NCBI GenBank assembly: GCA_964016885.1
Contig: OZ024740.1
Coordinates: forward strand, 272,614,001-272,678,000
DNA length: 64,000 nucleotides
Origin: Eledone cirrhosa
Taxonomy: Eukaryota
Direction: 5' to 3'
The notes under the pieces were generated by a model. The model was not told the origin of the DNA. It saw only the letters and a list, made by a program, of their open reading frames with translations, and did not search any database. This document shows, piece by piece, positions 1 through 13,589 of this stretch (within the stretch, counting starts at the first letter, position 1; the number at the start of each line of letters is the position of its first letter). The position numbers and the translations under genes were made by a program.

Positions 1-1829
1 AGAGAGGGTAGGGAGTGAACCCAGCTTCGGTGGGGCCCTGATCAACTTGGATCAATGTAAGACGTTTGATAGGGTCGACCATCGTTGCCTGGATGCGGTG
101 CTCGCAGCAGCAGGCTTCAGACCCGTTTTCAGGGGCTGGATTGCTGCTAAGCACAACAGCAACATCTGCTGAAGGGTCAAGGTGAAGGGCTACCTCTCGG
201 AGCCTTTACAAATCACGCGATCCATCCGACAGGGATTCCCTCTCTCCTCCCTTCTGTATGTACTGGCTCTCGAGTCACTACTGCGGAAGTTGAAATTGTT
301 GCAGGGCATCCCTTTGGAACTGGGATTGCGGAAAGCGGTGTCGGCCTACGCCGATGACGTGACAGTAATGGTTTCGAGCGCCTCGCAAGTCGGGGAGAAC
401 GGCACCTTACTGGAGGAATACGAAAGGTTTACAGGAGCCAAGCTAACCCAGGACAAGTCGGTCGGTTTGTAACTCGGAACGTGGAGAGGCAAACCTATGG
501 CCTCCGATGGCGTCCTCGGACACTGGACGGAGGGACCGGTGAAGCTGCTCGGAGTCTGGTTCGGACCAGACCTGCAGGTGGAGAAAGACTGGAACGAGGT
601 AACGGCCAAGGTGTTGACTCGCTCAGAAGTGGGCCGAGTGCAAACTGTCCTTGAAAGGTCGAGCGGAGGTGGCGAACGCTATATGGCGTCTGTCATCTAC
701 TCCGCTTGACCATCGTGTCTTGTCCAGCGAAAACGCTCACCAAAATGGAGCGCGTGCTCTTCCAATTCCTCCGGATGAAGCGGGCCCCTTTGGTGAGCAG
801 ATCCATCTGCTGTCAACACCCTTCTAACGGAGGGCTGCGGATGTAGTGGCTGACGATGCGTAAACACGCACTAAGGTTACGGCACCTCCAGGTATACCTC
901 ACCGGTCAACCAGTGGGGGCCCGTTTGTGAGGCGAGCCTTTCCACGACTCGTCTCGCTCACCGAGCTGCAATCCTGGGTCAAGCAAAGACCGATAAAAGT
1001 GGGTGCCTGGCACATCGGATGTGCCCAGGCGCTAACGGCCCTCTGGCAAGCAGGCCCGGCAATCAGTGGAGACTCCACCTCGACATTCTATAGAGGGTTG
1101 GTTCGAGGCAAGTGCGACGACGCTCTCGGAGAAACTCTGGGCATGGAGGAGGACGAACTAGCCAGTCTGTTCGGTAGGCCCGGGACCGATGGACAACTTC
1201 CAAAGTCCCTGGCTTGGCAGTTCTACCGAGGAGCTCTACCCGTTCGGGACAAGCTCTACATACATGGGCGCGCGGGCAGGGTCCCTTCGAAAAAGATCTG
1301 TCCGAGATGCGTGGGCGACGAGGAAACCGTCGCGCACGCATTCGTACACTGCCCGGGCGTTACCGACCTGTGGGGCTATGTAGAACGACTATTGTCACGG
1401 GTGGGACCAATTCGGTTGTCCATTGTCACGATCAAACCGCCACCCCGCTTCAAAAACGAAGGAGAGGCGGTCTTCCTCTGTGTTATGGCTATGGCCCCCT
1501 GTGTTATGGTGCTTCACCCCAGCAAATTATATGAAAGGTGGGTGAAAGTGGCGAGAATGGCCCGAGTGAATGGGCCTTCTCTCTATATAAGCCTGTAGGT
1601 TGAGGAAGAGGAGAAAGAAGATAGGAAGGGAGCACTCGCTCTTCGTGTTCTTGAAGAGAAAGGTTGCACATTTTTTCGTGCTTGTGTGTAACACCTGTTA
1701 ACTCCCTATTGAGGATATCGATTGTTTGTATTTAATTGTTATTACCTGTTTACTCGATGTTTTATATATGTAAACTCCCGCCTTTGTATTTGTCCCCATC
1801 TTTTGCACTCTCGTAGCGAATAAAGAAAC
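1..1829 (+). mobile_element. Tx1/L1-clade LINE, decayed ORF2 (RT to C-terminal Cys-rich region) plus 3' UTR; cut by window start
   Basis: Broken frames give RQGFPLSSLLYVLALE, AYADDVTV (YADD), KLLGVWFG and CPRCVGDEETVAHAFVHCP. AATAAA at ~1819 is followed directly by (TATC)n. Confidence 0.92.
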
Positions 1830-1854
1830 CTATCTATCTATCTATCTATCTATC

Positions 1855-1914
1855 CCCCGCCGTCGCGTCTTGTAATGTCCCATTTGTGTACGCCCCTGTG
1901 GCAAATAAAGAAAG
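1855..1914 (+). mobile_element. ~60-bp 3'-end fragment of the same Tx1-like family within (TATC)n
   Basis: cccgccgtcgcgtcttgtaatgtcccatt...gtggcaaataaag matches the 3' end at 15728-15785. TATC repeats on both sides. Confidence 0.75.
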
Positions 1915-2024
1915 ATATCTATCTATCTGTCTATCTGCCTGTCTGTCTATCCATCTATCTATCTACCTATCTATCTATCTGTCTGTCTGAATAATATAGG
2001 TTTATCTATCTTTACAGCCAAATA

Positions 2025-2105
<81 letters not shown>

Positions 2106-2673
2106 ATACTTTGGGAGGGTCATGTTGCCAATAAGAAACACACGCACCAGTTGCTTTCACTTCAATTTATTATATATTTATAAATTTACAAATTTACAAA
2201 CTTATAAATTTCTGGTTGGTTGGTTGGTTCCACAACCAGATAGTTGTTTATATATAGTCATAGTCCTTTCGTCACACACTCTGTGACCTCTTCAGTGACT
2301 GGGGATTCCTTTCCTTTGTTTCTGTGCCTTTCCTTTCTTCTATCCTACGCCATTTTGTTTCTGTGTGTGTGTTGTGTGCTCAGTTTGCGCATGCGCCACA
2401 TCCGGGTGTCTGTGTGTGTTTGTGTTCATTTATCTATTTGTTTATTTATTTAATTTATTTATTGTTGGTTGGTTGTTTGTTCTATGTGTGTGTGTGTTTT
2501 CATTTTGTCCTGTGTGTGTTTTCATTTTGTCCTTAATTGTAAGTTGTTTGTTCTATGTGTGTGTGTGTTTTCATTTTGTCCTTAATTGTAAGTTGTGATG
2601 TTGCTGTTCCACTCATATTTTCTATTTAACTAAATAAACAAATAGATAAATGAACACAAACACACACAGACAC

Positions 2674-2731
2674 CCGGATGTGGCGCATGCGCAAACTGAG
2701 CACACAACACACACACAGAAACAAAATGGCG
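2674..2731 (+). promoter_or_regulatory. Candidate internal Pol II promoter (ETS-, NRF1- and YY1-like motifs)
   Basis: CCGGATGT 2674, GCGCATGCGC 2683 and CAAAATGGCG 2722 cluster ~50 nt upstream of the hammerhead. Confidence 0.5.
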
Positions 2732-2778
2732 TAGGATAGAAGAAAGGAAAGGCACAGAAACAAAGGAAAGGAATCCCC

Positions 2779-2823
2779 AGTCACTGAAGAGGTCACAGAG
2801 TGTGTGACGAAAGGACTATGACT
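2779..2823 (+). ncRNA. Minimal type I hammerhead ribozyme (family B; mirror copy 2256-2300 on -)
   Basis: agtca CTGAAGA g gtcaca-gagtg-tgtgac GAAA ggac TA tgact. Stem I agtca/tgact and stem II gtcaca/tgtgac are perfect. Confidence 0.8.
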
Positions 2824-3067
2824 ATATATAAACAACTATCTGGTTGTGGAACCAACCAACCAACCAACCAGAAATTTATAAGTTTGTAAATTTGTAAATT
2901 TATAAATTTATAAATATATAATAAATTGAAGTGAAAGCAACTGGTGCGTGTGTTTCTTATTGGCAACATGACCCTCCCAAAGTATAACAATATCGGTTTC
3001 AACACACGATTTCAGATAAAGAATCTTGCTAAACAAATTCAGAAACGAAATATATATATATATATAT

Positions 3068-3462
3068 AAACAAGCAAATTATAAAGGTAAACATGTAAGT
3101 ATGTTTGTGAAACGGTGCGCGAGTTTGAAATTAGAAATTAGAAATTATAAGCTTTCACCGTATTTTAGACTAAAGAAATTTCTAGTCTGATAGTGGGGTT
3201 TATAACCCTCGGAGAAATGGAAAAAGATGAGTGTTGCCGTACTTGGGAGTCGAACCCACATCTTTGTTTATCCAGACCACTGTGCTATCATTTAATGGTA
3301 GCACAGTGGTCTGGAATGGTAGCACAGTGGTCTGGATAACCAAAGAAGTGGGTTCAACTCCCATGTACAGCAACACTCATCTTTTTCCATTTCTCCGAGG
3401 GTTGTAAACCCCACTACCAGGCTAGAAATTTCTTTAGTCTAAAATACAGTGAAAGCTTATAA

Positions 3463-3469
<7 letters not shown>
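3068..3469 (+). mobile_element. Fold-back element with tRNA-like head in (TA)n
   Basis: 3138-3292 is the reverse complement of ~3315-3469. The right arm carries an A-box-like taatggtagca and B-box-like ggttcaactcc. The left arm has an extra tail (3068-3137). Confidence 0.8.
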
Positions 3470-3512
<43 letters not shown>

Positions 3513-3594
3513 TCTTTTACTCTTTTACCTGTTTCAGCTATCCGGCTGAGGCCATGCTGGGGCACCGCCCTTGTATATATATATATATATATGT

Positions 3595-4183
<589 letters not shown>

Positions 4184-4718
4184 ATATATATATATATAAG
4201 TCTATCCCAATATGTTTCTATCGATTTATTTGTCTCTCACTATACATTTATCTATTCCATTCTCACCCGTCATTTGCGTTTTACTACACTGACATTGTGA
4301 CGAGAAGTGATATTGTACGTTACACCTGTTCTGATTTAATTACACATTCATACTTCTTAAAAAATCACTAGTCGATAAATACAATGTTTGACCTACGAAG
4401 AATAGGAGGAAAAGTAAGAGAAAAGAATGAATGCAACAATATCAATACTAAAACAACAGAGGGTAAAAATGGAAGTATAACAAAACAAACCTATTAACCA
4501 GAAACATTCAATAAATGAGTAGAAAACTGTATAAACGCCCTCATTCAAACAAAATAATATAACAAAACACAGTAACTAACTAATAAATTATACACCCAGA
4601 TACAGAAAGCACACAATGGAATATAGACATATACATACATATATGAATATTATATAATTGCAAGGGTAAGGGATTGACTAGACACATGTTTTAATTATAT
4701 ATATATATTATATATATG

Positions 4719-4751
<33 letters not shown>

Positions 4752-4771
4752 GATATAGATAGGTAAATATA

Positions 4772-5001
4772 CACGGGTGTGTATGATTGTGTATAGAAGA
4801 TTATATTAATAAGAGGAATTCCAACTTTGTCTGATTTACTCGTTTTATTTACAATCCCTTAAAATATATATAATGGTATTATAATAAAATAGTATGATAG
4901 AATATTAAATTCTAAGTGTTAATTGAACAAGTACTTTCATGCTTTCGCAATCTTCAGGTTCATGATATGTGGTGACAGTCGAGTTTGCAATTTTCAACTG
5001 T
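4772..5001 (-). mobile_element. TA-flanked hammerhead element (inverted partner of 9899-10093)
   Basis: Reverse complement of 9899-10093 plus a tail. Hammerhead 4924-4962(-): tgaac CTGAAGA ttgc-gaaa-gcat GAAA gtac TT gttca. Confidence 0.8.
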
Positions 5002-5015
5002 CATATATATATATT

Positions 5016-5098
<83 letters not shown>

Positions 5099-5184
5099 GG
5101 TGAGAGAGATGCACGTGTGTGTGTGTGTGTGTGTGTGTATGTATTAAAATTTATAAAACTTTTAATACATACACACACACACAC

Positions 5185-5262
<78 letters not shown>

Positions 5263-5264
<2 letters not shown>

Positions 5265-5403
5265 AGCACCCCGACGGCTGAGGTCCGGCCGTTTCAACAT
5301 GGGTCGGGGTCCTGACTCTTTCCCTATTACTCGCTCTATTACCCTATGTATTGAGTACTCTGGTGCGTTATGGTCCACCTCGTATCTTACCACACCCTCT
5401 TTG

Positions 5404-5405
<2 letters not shown>
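5263..5405 (+). mobile_element. Diverged family A fragment
   Basis: attgagtactctggtgcgttatggtccacc...ttgttatata matches the family A tail. Confidence 0.7.
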
Positions 5406-5464
<59 letters not shown>

Positions 5465-5963
5465 AATAAATTAACGGAGCCATAAACTCTCGCTATTTCC
5501 TGTCATTAATGTGCTCAAAGGAGAAGGAATCCCGAGCCCTTTATTATACTATATGTAGAAAAGATAACACACTAGAGAGAGATAGTGCGCCATCAGTCAA
5601 ACATGGAAAAACCACCAGTGTATGGAATCTATAGCCCATGGGGGGCAAAGTAGAGACACAATAATTATGAGTATAAATCAAAGTGCAAATACATACCTCG
5701 ATAACTATCTAACACACACGAACAAATGCAAAAAAGATCTGTTTCACCAACTAATTTGTTGACAGAAATGATTAGCCTATTGTTCATCAGCGTGTGTAAG
5801 GCTATACATTTCAGACAACACTAAAAGAATCTAGAGCGACCGTCCGGCCACACGTGGGAGAGAGAATTCACAGCGTCCCTAGGATAGTAACCAGTGGACT
5901 CTGAGCGACGAGCTGCTAGAAAGGGCAGCCCAAACCACTCAGAGGAGTGTATATATATATATA

Positions 5964-6440
5964 TGCTGCTGAACGAGGATACATTTGAGTTAATCTACTT
6001 TGGAAAAGAGGATGGCCTGAAACTCCCACACTCCCCTCCTTCAGGTGAAACTTTCGTGACATCCAACAACATCAGAGACTTGGGAGTAAATTGTGGCGAA
6101 CAACATAAGCTGGGTCACACATATAAACAGTAAAGTTGCCATGGCCCGCAGAATATGTTCCTAGATTCTCAGAAAATTCCAGCTGTCGAGAGATATCCAA
6201 ACTATTATTCTTCTCTTCTCCACTTTTGCCCGTCCACACCTTGAAAACTGTTGTCCACTGAGGTCTCCCAACACGAAACAAAGTTTCATGAAAATTGAAG
6301 TCCTCAAAAGTCAATCACGAAAAAGATAGATGGCATGTCAGGCCTTGACTATTGGGGTCGACTTGAAAAACTCAAACTTTGTTCTCTCCAACGCCGCCGT
6401 GAGCGCTACATTATCTGCATGATGTGGAACATATTCTTCT
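5964..6440 (+). mobile_element. CR1-clade LINE RT C-terminal fragment (pseudogene)
   Basis: Broken frames give IRDLGV, RPHLENCCP and LDYWGRLEKLKLCSLQRRRER, typical of the CR1 ORF2 end. Confidence 0.8.
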
Positions 6441-6494
6441 TTCGTCGCCGATAAGACAAGGATATATACACACACACACACATATATATATATA

Positions 6495-6672
6495 CAACAG
6501 TAAAACACTTGTGGGTTATATCCATAGTAGTAGAGCACTCAATCCATGGGGCGAGTTTGGTGGAAGTAGTCCCACAATAGTTAATTCACCATACTGACCG
6601 AGCTGAGAATCCAAATAAGATGAAACACTTGTTCTTGGTATGGTGAACTAGCTGTTGTGGAACTACTTCAAT
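6495..6672 (+). mobile_element. Family H fold-back with degenerate hammerhead (6597-6639)
   Basis: accgag CTGAGAA tccaaataagat GAAA cacttg TT cttggt, flanked by ~30-bp inverted arms. Related to 44280-44495. Confidence 0.65.
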
Positions 6673-6674
6673 AG

Positions 6675-6789
<115 letters not shown>

Positions 6790-8098
6790 ATTATAATAAT
6801 ATTATTTATACTTATATATACACTATAATTATAAACAGGAAAAGTCAGTAATTCATTACTACCTTATTACCAGTAAGAAAAATAGCTCAATGTAAATACA
6901 TCAGATGTTTTACAGAGCCGGAATATAAATTACAGAATAATCAAAACTATGTTCAAAACATTTTATTGCTGACAATCGTTTCTTCCAAACTTTCGTCTGA
7001 TTCATCGGAGCACTAGCAAAATTTATAGATATAATTAACCTGCTATTCCACAGAACAATTCTAAAGATACGTAGATATTAGTGTTGTCATTAACAGTGTC
7101 ATATTTAAAGAGTGAAAATGATGTAGTCAGTATCAGTGGATGCGACAAAGATTATAAAAGAATAATACAACAATTATAGAGGAATTAAAGAAGAAAGTTA
7201 CTCGCAAAATGAGGACATTAGCAGTACATATGCAAGCGTATAGACAGAGTGCAGAGGTATTAGGCATGTACAGAATAACAAGGTAAGAAACAAGCAATGG
7301 TACTAAACATATATCACAGTATGGCAAAGGTATCACATAATACAATAGAAGTATAAAAGCATATTAAGTAGACAGAGATGCTTGGGTATGAAAAGCCATT
7401 TCTATTAAGTTTATGGTGGATGCAATGTGATAATTGTTCCGGTAATGTACAAATGTGCATGTGTTGTGAATATTAATATAACATTGAATATATTTTAGTA
7501 AATGTTTATCAGTAGTTACAACTATGGATTGTATTTAGGTCCTATTACAATCTTATCAAGGGTTCGAGTTGTTGTAGAGTGATCAGTCTAACGGTTTACT
7601 TTCAGGAAGTGATTAGAGATCTATATTAAGGGAAGCTAATGTGAAAGGGGAGGTAATTGGCGATTAATTTGTGTATAAGAGAAACATGTATAGTTGTTTA
7701 CAACTCCAATTAGTTAAATTCTATGTGTTAATATACAATATGTTATGTTATAAGTGAATCCTTTTATATAATGCTATTTATTTAAACATTTATATATTTA
7801 ATTTTAAATACAATCTTTTTTCCATATAATACCTTAAAGGTCTCATTTTATCACTACCTACCCATATACTAATTAAATGAATAAAATATTAGTAAGGAAG
7901 TTATTGTAGTTATAATAAATGGTGGTAACTTTATGTTTATTCCCAATAGTTATTTTAGGAGTATATGATCTGAGATAAACAGGAGGTAAGTGGAGGAATG
8001 AGCTGATCATAGAATGTGATGCTGTGGGGGGTAATTATATGCTGATAAAACCTAGAGGTAAAGTGTTAATGGTGGTGAGGAATCCAGATCTGACATTG

Positions 8099-8940
8099 TT
8101 ATATACCAGCAGTTAAGTTGTGGAAAGAGTATCGGTGGTAGTATTTGCACATGGAATACATTTCTGATGTTCTATTTAAAAGGTTTAGCTTAGAATAGAT
8201 TATAGTGCGAGTCTCTAGAAGACTGAGGTTACATAATCTATTCGGTGTTTTATACGATGCGGCCCTATCTATTACTTCCCATTGAAGTGTATATGGTCTA
8301 TTCTTAGTTTTCAGAAAGTGTATGTAGTTAGATAAAGAAGTGGAGTTGGCTAGATTGCGATATTTGAAAGTGTGGATATGCGAGTTATATCTCGTCTTGA
8401 AGCAATCCGAAGTAGAACCGATATAGGTTTTTGAAGTGTTGTTTGTAATGACTGTGCATGAGTAAATGATATCTTCGATTAAGCAATTTTTTCCTAAGGG
8501 GCAAGTTCTATTTGTTCTACAATTACAGTTATTTTGGTTGTTTACGTGCTGGTTAATAGGGTGTGTAGATGCATGTTTGTTAGGGATAGCATTAGGGTAA
8601 TGATGCTTATCATTCCCATTGTTATTAATTTCATTAGTGCTATTACTATTATTATTATTGCTACTAGAATTTTCTGGTACTATGTTGTTTTGTAAGTTCA
8701 CTCCCTGTTGCGATTTAATTAGTTGGAAATAATTATTAATCTTCCTTTTATTACTACTAACTATATGGTACGCGATGTTAGGTGTGGTAGAGTAAGAGAT
8801 TTTAATGGTATTTTTATTGATAAGATTATGGTATTTGTGGCCGACTGGGAAGTTCTTTTCTAAGATTGAGAAGACAGCCTTAGGCAAGTTGGTGGAAACA
8901 TTTAGATTGAAAGGAAGATTGAAAAATGTATTAGTTCTTC
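8099..8940 (-). pseudogene. PLE GIY-YIG endonuclease region
   Basis: FFNLPFNLNVSTN..IKISYSTTPNI..CNCRTNRTCPLGKNCL..IIYSC..TYIGST..FKTRYNSH..WEVI..LCNL..LLNRTSE; an in-frame stop lies just upstream. Confidence 0.88.
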
Positions 8941-9305
8941 TTCAATTTTTGTTTTTTGTAATGTTATTTGAGGTATTGTTTATATTTCTGTTTATATTAT
9001 TATTATTAGGGTATTTATATTGGAGCGAGTACTAGAGTTAGAGTGTCTAGTACTTTTATTACTTTTATTCATGGCCATATTGTGAGAAATAATGTTGTAA
9101 CTAGGTGATTTTATAGGTAACTTTCTTCTTTAATTCCTCTATAATTGTTGTATTATGCTTTTACAATCTTTGTCGCATCCACTGATACTGACCACATCAT
9201 CTTCACTCTTTAAATATGACACTGTAAAGAACAACACTAATATCTATGTATCTTTACAATTGTTCTGTGGAATAGGAGGTTAATTATATGTCTAAACTTT
9301 GTTAG

Positions 9306-9352
9306 TGCTCCGATGATTCCAGACAAAAGTTTGGAAGAAACGATTGTCAGCA
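9306..9352 (+). ncRNA. Minimal hammerhead in pLTR (sense copy 6967-7012 on -)
   Basis: tgct CCGATGA ttccagac-aaaa-gtttggaa GAAA cgattg TC agca. The CCGAUGA core variant is present in both copies. Confidence 0.75.
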
Positions 9353-9417
9353 ATAAAATGTTTTGAACATAGTTTTGATTATTCTGTAATTTATATATAT
9401 ATATATATATATATATA

Positions 9418-9757
9418 TGGAAAAAATGAAATTTCATTTGTCACTCACGGCTGGTACTTAAATATAAGTATGTATACGTACATACATATATGTATACAGA
9501 CGTACAGTAGTATGTATATACATACATACATCCACACATATATATATGTACGTATGGGTTTACCGAACATTTATTATAATGTTCGGATTGTTTGTAAACA
9601 AACATCCAGAATTAAGCCGTACAGTGTTCGGCAACCATCGTTGCCCTTTTGTTCAACACTGACAAAGGAACGATGAACTAGTTTCTAGCTTACTAGCTGT
9701 CATCGGCACCGTATACCTTCCACTCAGTCGATGGTTGCCGAACACTGTACGTATACA
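9418..9757 (-). mobile_element. Family C-related copy with hammerhead (9671-9711) and short 5' inversion
   Basis: Reverse-complement similarity to the 19253-20347 units. cggtg CCGATGA cagct-agta-agcta GAAA ctag TT catcg. 9728-9752 is inverted relative to 9619-9640. Confidence 0.75.
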
Positions 9758-9861
<104 letters not shown>

Positions 9862-9898
9862 TATATATATATATATAGATATATATATATATATATAC

Positions 9899-10093
9899 AC
9901 AGTTGAAAATTGCAAACTTGACTGTCACCACAGATTATGAACCTGAAGATTGCGAAAGCATGAAAATACTTGTTCAATTAATACTTAACATTTAATATTC
10001 TATCATACTATTTCATTATAATGCCCTTATAAATTTTAAAGGATTGTAAATAAAACGAGTAAATCAGACAAAGTTGGAATTCCTCTTATTAAT
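9899..10093 (+). mobile_element. TA-flanked hammerhead element (hammerhead 9938-9976)
   Basis: tgaac CTGAAGA ttgc-gaaa-gcat GAAA atac TT gttca. Confidence 0.8.
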
Positions 10094-10109
10094 ATATATA
10101 TATATATAT

Positions 10110-10569
10110 ACAATATTAAATAAATGGAAAACTATATTTATAAAACCATATTTATTTCATTATATATATTTCGGGGATATCATATTAACAATATGCTATG
10201 CCTTCATCAGACAAAATACAATATAAACAGTTTTATAGATAAATATATTCGACATACCGTAATAAACATCAACTTCATTTGAAGAGGTTGACTCTGCTAG
10301 AGTGAACCTCTTCAAATGAAGTTGATGTTTATTACGGTATGTCGAATATATTTATCTATAAAACTGTTTATATTGTATTTTGTCTGATGAAGGCATAGCA
10401 TATTGTTAATATGATATCCCCGAAATATATATAATGAAATAAATATGGCTTTATAAATATAGTTTTCCATTTATTTAATATTGTAAATATACTCCAAGTA
10501 TTTGTCGAGTGCTTTTATATCAGTTATAAATATTTACTAGTTGTAACCCAACAATTTTAAATATAACTT

Positions 10570-10575
<6 letters not shown>
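10110..10575 (+). mobile_element. Family G fold-back (~185-bp near-perfect arms) with hammerhead-like core
   Basis: 10110-10294 is the reverse complement of 10298-10484. ttttgt CTGATGA aggc...tcccc GAAA tatata at 10378-10432. Tail runs to 10575. A second copy lies at 53900-54090. Confidence 0.8.
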
Positions 10576-10654
<79 letters not shown>

Positions 10655-10959
10655 GAATATATATATTTATATATAAAGTGCACATTCGGTGAGATATGAA
10701 CTAGGTACCCTTCGACTCACTATGCCGGGCATTGGGCACCGACAAGCTCAGAGAATCGGTTTCTTTCTACAATTGTTTGCTGCAGATGATGGGGTCTTTA
10801 TTATCTCATGACATGAATTCTTTTGTTTCTTAAAATAGAATTGCCTTCTTTAATTTGATGAATTATGACTGCTATTGATTGAACAGTATCAGGGGAAAGA
10901 GTGGGAATATTTTAAGTTTTAATTGTAAATTTTAAATTGCGCGCTCACACACACACATG

Positions 10960-10961
10960 TA

Positions 10962-11029
<68 letters not shown>

Positions 11030-11365
11030 GTGTATACATATATATATATATATGTATGTATGTATATATATATACATATATATATATATATAAGCATATA
11101 CGTGCATATATATATATATGCATATATGTACATATATGTACATATATGTACATATATGTACATATATATATATATGCATATATATGCATATATGCACATA
11201 TTTATGTGTATATATATATATGTATATATAGACATATATGTATATATATATGTATATATACATATATATGTATATATATATGTATATATACATATATATG
11301 TATATATATTTAAATATACATATATGTATATATATATATGTATATATGTATATGTATATATATGT

Positions 11366-11433
<68 letters not shown>

Positions 11434-11461
11434 GTATACTTATATATATATGTATATGTAT

Positions 11462-11500
<39 letters not shown>

Positions 11501-11521
11501 CACACACACACATATATATAT

Positions 11522-11556
<35 letters not shown>

Positions 11557-11560
11557 CATA
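10960..11560. repeat. Compound (TA)n/(TG)/(CA) microsatellite
   Basis: Directly visible; it produces the YI-repeat ORFs. Confidence 0.95.
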
Positions 11561-12690
11561 ATACATATAATCCTTAGACCGTTCCTTGGAGAACATTTGT
11601 TGGAAGTAATAAAATATGGTCGCTTAATGAAGGAGAAGCAAGGAAATATCTCTAGACATTCTCACGAGTCGTTGGTTAATTTTACCGTCTGTCAATAAGG
11701 AGAAATACATCACCGCAAGTGGTGATATGATGTCATCCTTTAATTAAGACAACTTACAAATTAATTTTTAATAGGTGTAACGTGTATGTATGTGTTTGTG
11801 TATGTATGCTGTGTGTGTATATATACATATATATATATATGTATATAAACATGGTGTAATCTAGTATGTGGTGTAATGTGGTGTAGTACATTGTGTTGTC
11901 GTAAGTGCTAGAGAAAGAGTTCGTTTAATTACTTTCCGAGTTATTTTTACTTCAAGATGAAGTAGTTCCGTCTAGTTAAACATGTTTAGAACCGACCAAA
12001 TCAAACAAGACTCAAATCATACTGAATCAAACTAAAACCAAACAACTGACCGATCGACTGACAGACTAACTAACGCACCAACAATCCAATCAACTAACCA
12101 ACTAACTCTATCCAATCTTATACAACTCGTCCCAACCCTAACCATTCAAGTAGTCTATCCCACACGCCAACAACAATCACCCAAACGTTTTGTCAACACA
12201 GTCAATTTAAATGTTGTTGCGAATGATTTGGGGCTAAAATTAAACAATATGAGGATAAGAATTTACCCACTGCTCAATTAAGCAGGCTCCAGTTAGCCTA
12301 TAAGTAGGCTTGTTATGTTGAAAGTCATTCATCATTCGATAATTTTCTTGTCTGACGTGAATGTTCTTATCTCCAGATTATATTTCCAATATTTCATGTT
12401 TTGACGTTGCGTATATACCTCATTGCGCTTCACAGCGGTTGGACGCCTTAAAGTGTATGTATGTATATACTTTAACTAATTTAAACTAAGTCGCAAATGA
12501 ACTTTTATACTTTGGTTGAATATGTTTGCAAGTTAATAAGTACAAGTTTTAATTTTCTGAATAATTCACTGAATAATTAACATAAATATTTCTAATTAAA
12601 GCACCAGTTCAACATCAACACTGGGGCTTGAACTCAAAACGCAGACAGCGGGAAGGAATACAGTAAAGGATTCTATCTAACACCATAAAG

Positions 12691-12875
12691 CAGCATTTCC
12701 CAACATTTCTGTCCCTGTAGAAACCATGAGATAGTTTTCATGTCCCAGGGAAACCCTACATAAAAATTATTATATATCTTAATTAATATCTATGTCTTTT
12801 TCTGCTTCTTGCAAAACCCTAAGCGATCTCTTACGGAACTCTAGGGTTCTGGGGAACATTGTTTGAGAAACGCTG
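12691..12875. mobile_element. hAT (Charlie-like) MITE
   Basis: Termini cagcatttcccaac and gtttgagaaacgctg are imperfect TIRs. The 8-bp flanks ccataaag/ccctaaac resemble a decayed TSD. Confidence 0.65.
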
Positions 12876-13045
12876 CCCTAAACAACCTTACAGATCTAAT
12901 TAATTAGTAATATGATACGCATGACAAGTAATATATTTCCTATATTTAAAAGAAGGTGAACTAAGTGGTGACATTCATACGTCTCCAAGAATAACTACAC
13001 GCATTCCATTCTTCTACTCTCTCTATCATTCTCTATGTCAGCGAG

Positions 13046-13117
<72 letters not shown>

Positions 13118-13120
<3 letters not shown>

Positions 13121-13492
13121 TTTTCAAATACCACTTTGGAAGAAGAATCAGGATGGAGAGAGAGGTGCTGTACCCCAGCAAGTTTTATGAAAGGTGGGCG
13201 AAAGTGGCGAGAATGGCCGGAGTGAATGGGCCTTCTCTCTATATCAGCCTGTAGGTTGAGGAAAAGAAGGAGGAGAGGAAAGGAGTACAAACTCTTCGTA
13301 CTCCTGGAGATGAGGGTTGCACATTTTTTCGGGGGTATGTGTTACCCATATGAACTGTCTCCCCTTATTAGGGGAAAATCGACTAATTTTTAAAATTACA
13401 TTTGTGATAACATTTTACACGTTTTTATTGTATGTAAACTTCCCCCTTTGTATTTGTCCCCTTCTTTTTTGCCCCTGTGGCTAATAAAGAAA
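13118..13492 (+). mobile_element. 5'-truncated Tx1-like copy embedded in (TATC)n
   Basis: Matches the ORF2 end (ERWAKVARMAGVNGPSLYISL*) and the 3' UTR. Long TATC arrays at 13047-13117 and 13495-13589. Confidence 0.88.
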
Positions 13493-13494
13493 CA

Positions 13495-13565
<71 letters not shown>

Positions 13566-13589
13566 ATATCTATCTATCTATCTATCTAT

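Larger units (their letters stand above)
2101..3050 (+). mobile_element. Fold-back PLE-type terminal-repeat element (family B) in (TA)n
   Basis: 2101-2460 is the reverse complement of ~2632-2992. The right arm has an extra tail (2993-3050). A hammerhead lies in each arm, and (TA)n flanks both ends. Confidence 0.85.
6795..9395 (-). mobile_element. Penelope-like element (Hydra-like C-terminal GIY-YIG) with 3' pLTR and inverted 5' pLTR
   Basis: 6925-7201 is the reverse complement of 9117-9395, and each contains a hammerhead. A GIY-YIG ORF lies between them. (TA)n flanks. Confidence 0.88.

Noticed and set aside
3295-3372. Functional tRNA gene (also the SINE heads)
   Set aside because: Only A/B boxes are evident; no consistent cloverleaf, and they are embedded in repeats.
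10919-11698. Long ORFs (200-280 aa) here and at 49615-50627 and 55764-56447
   Set aside because: They are translations of (TA)/(TG)/(TATG) microsatellites, which lack stop codons.
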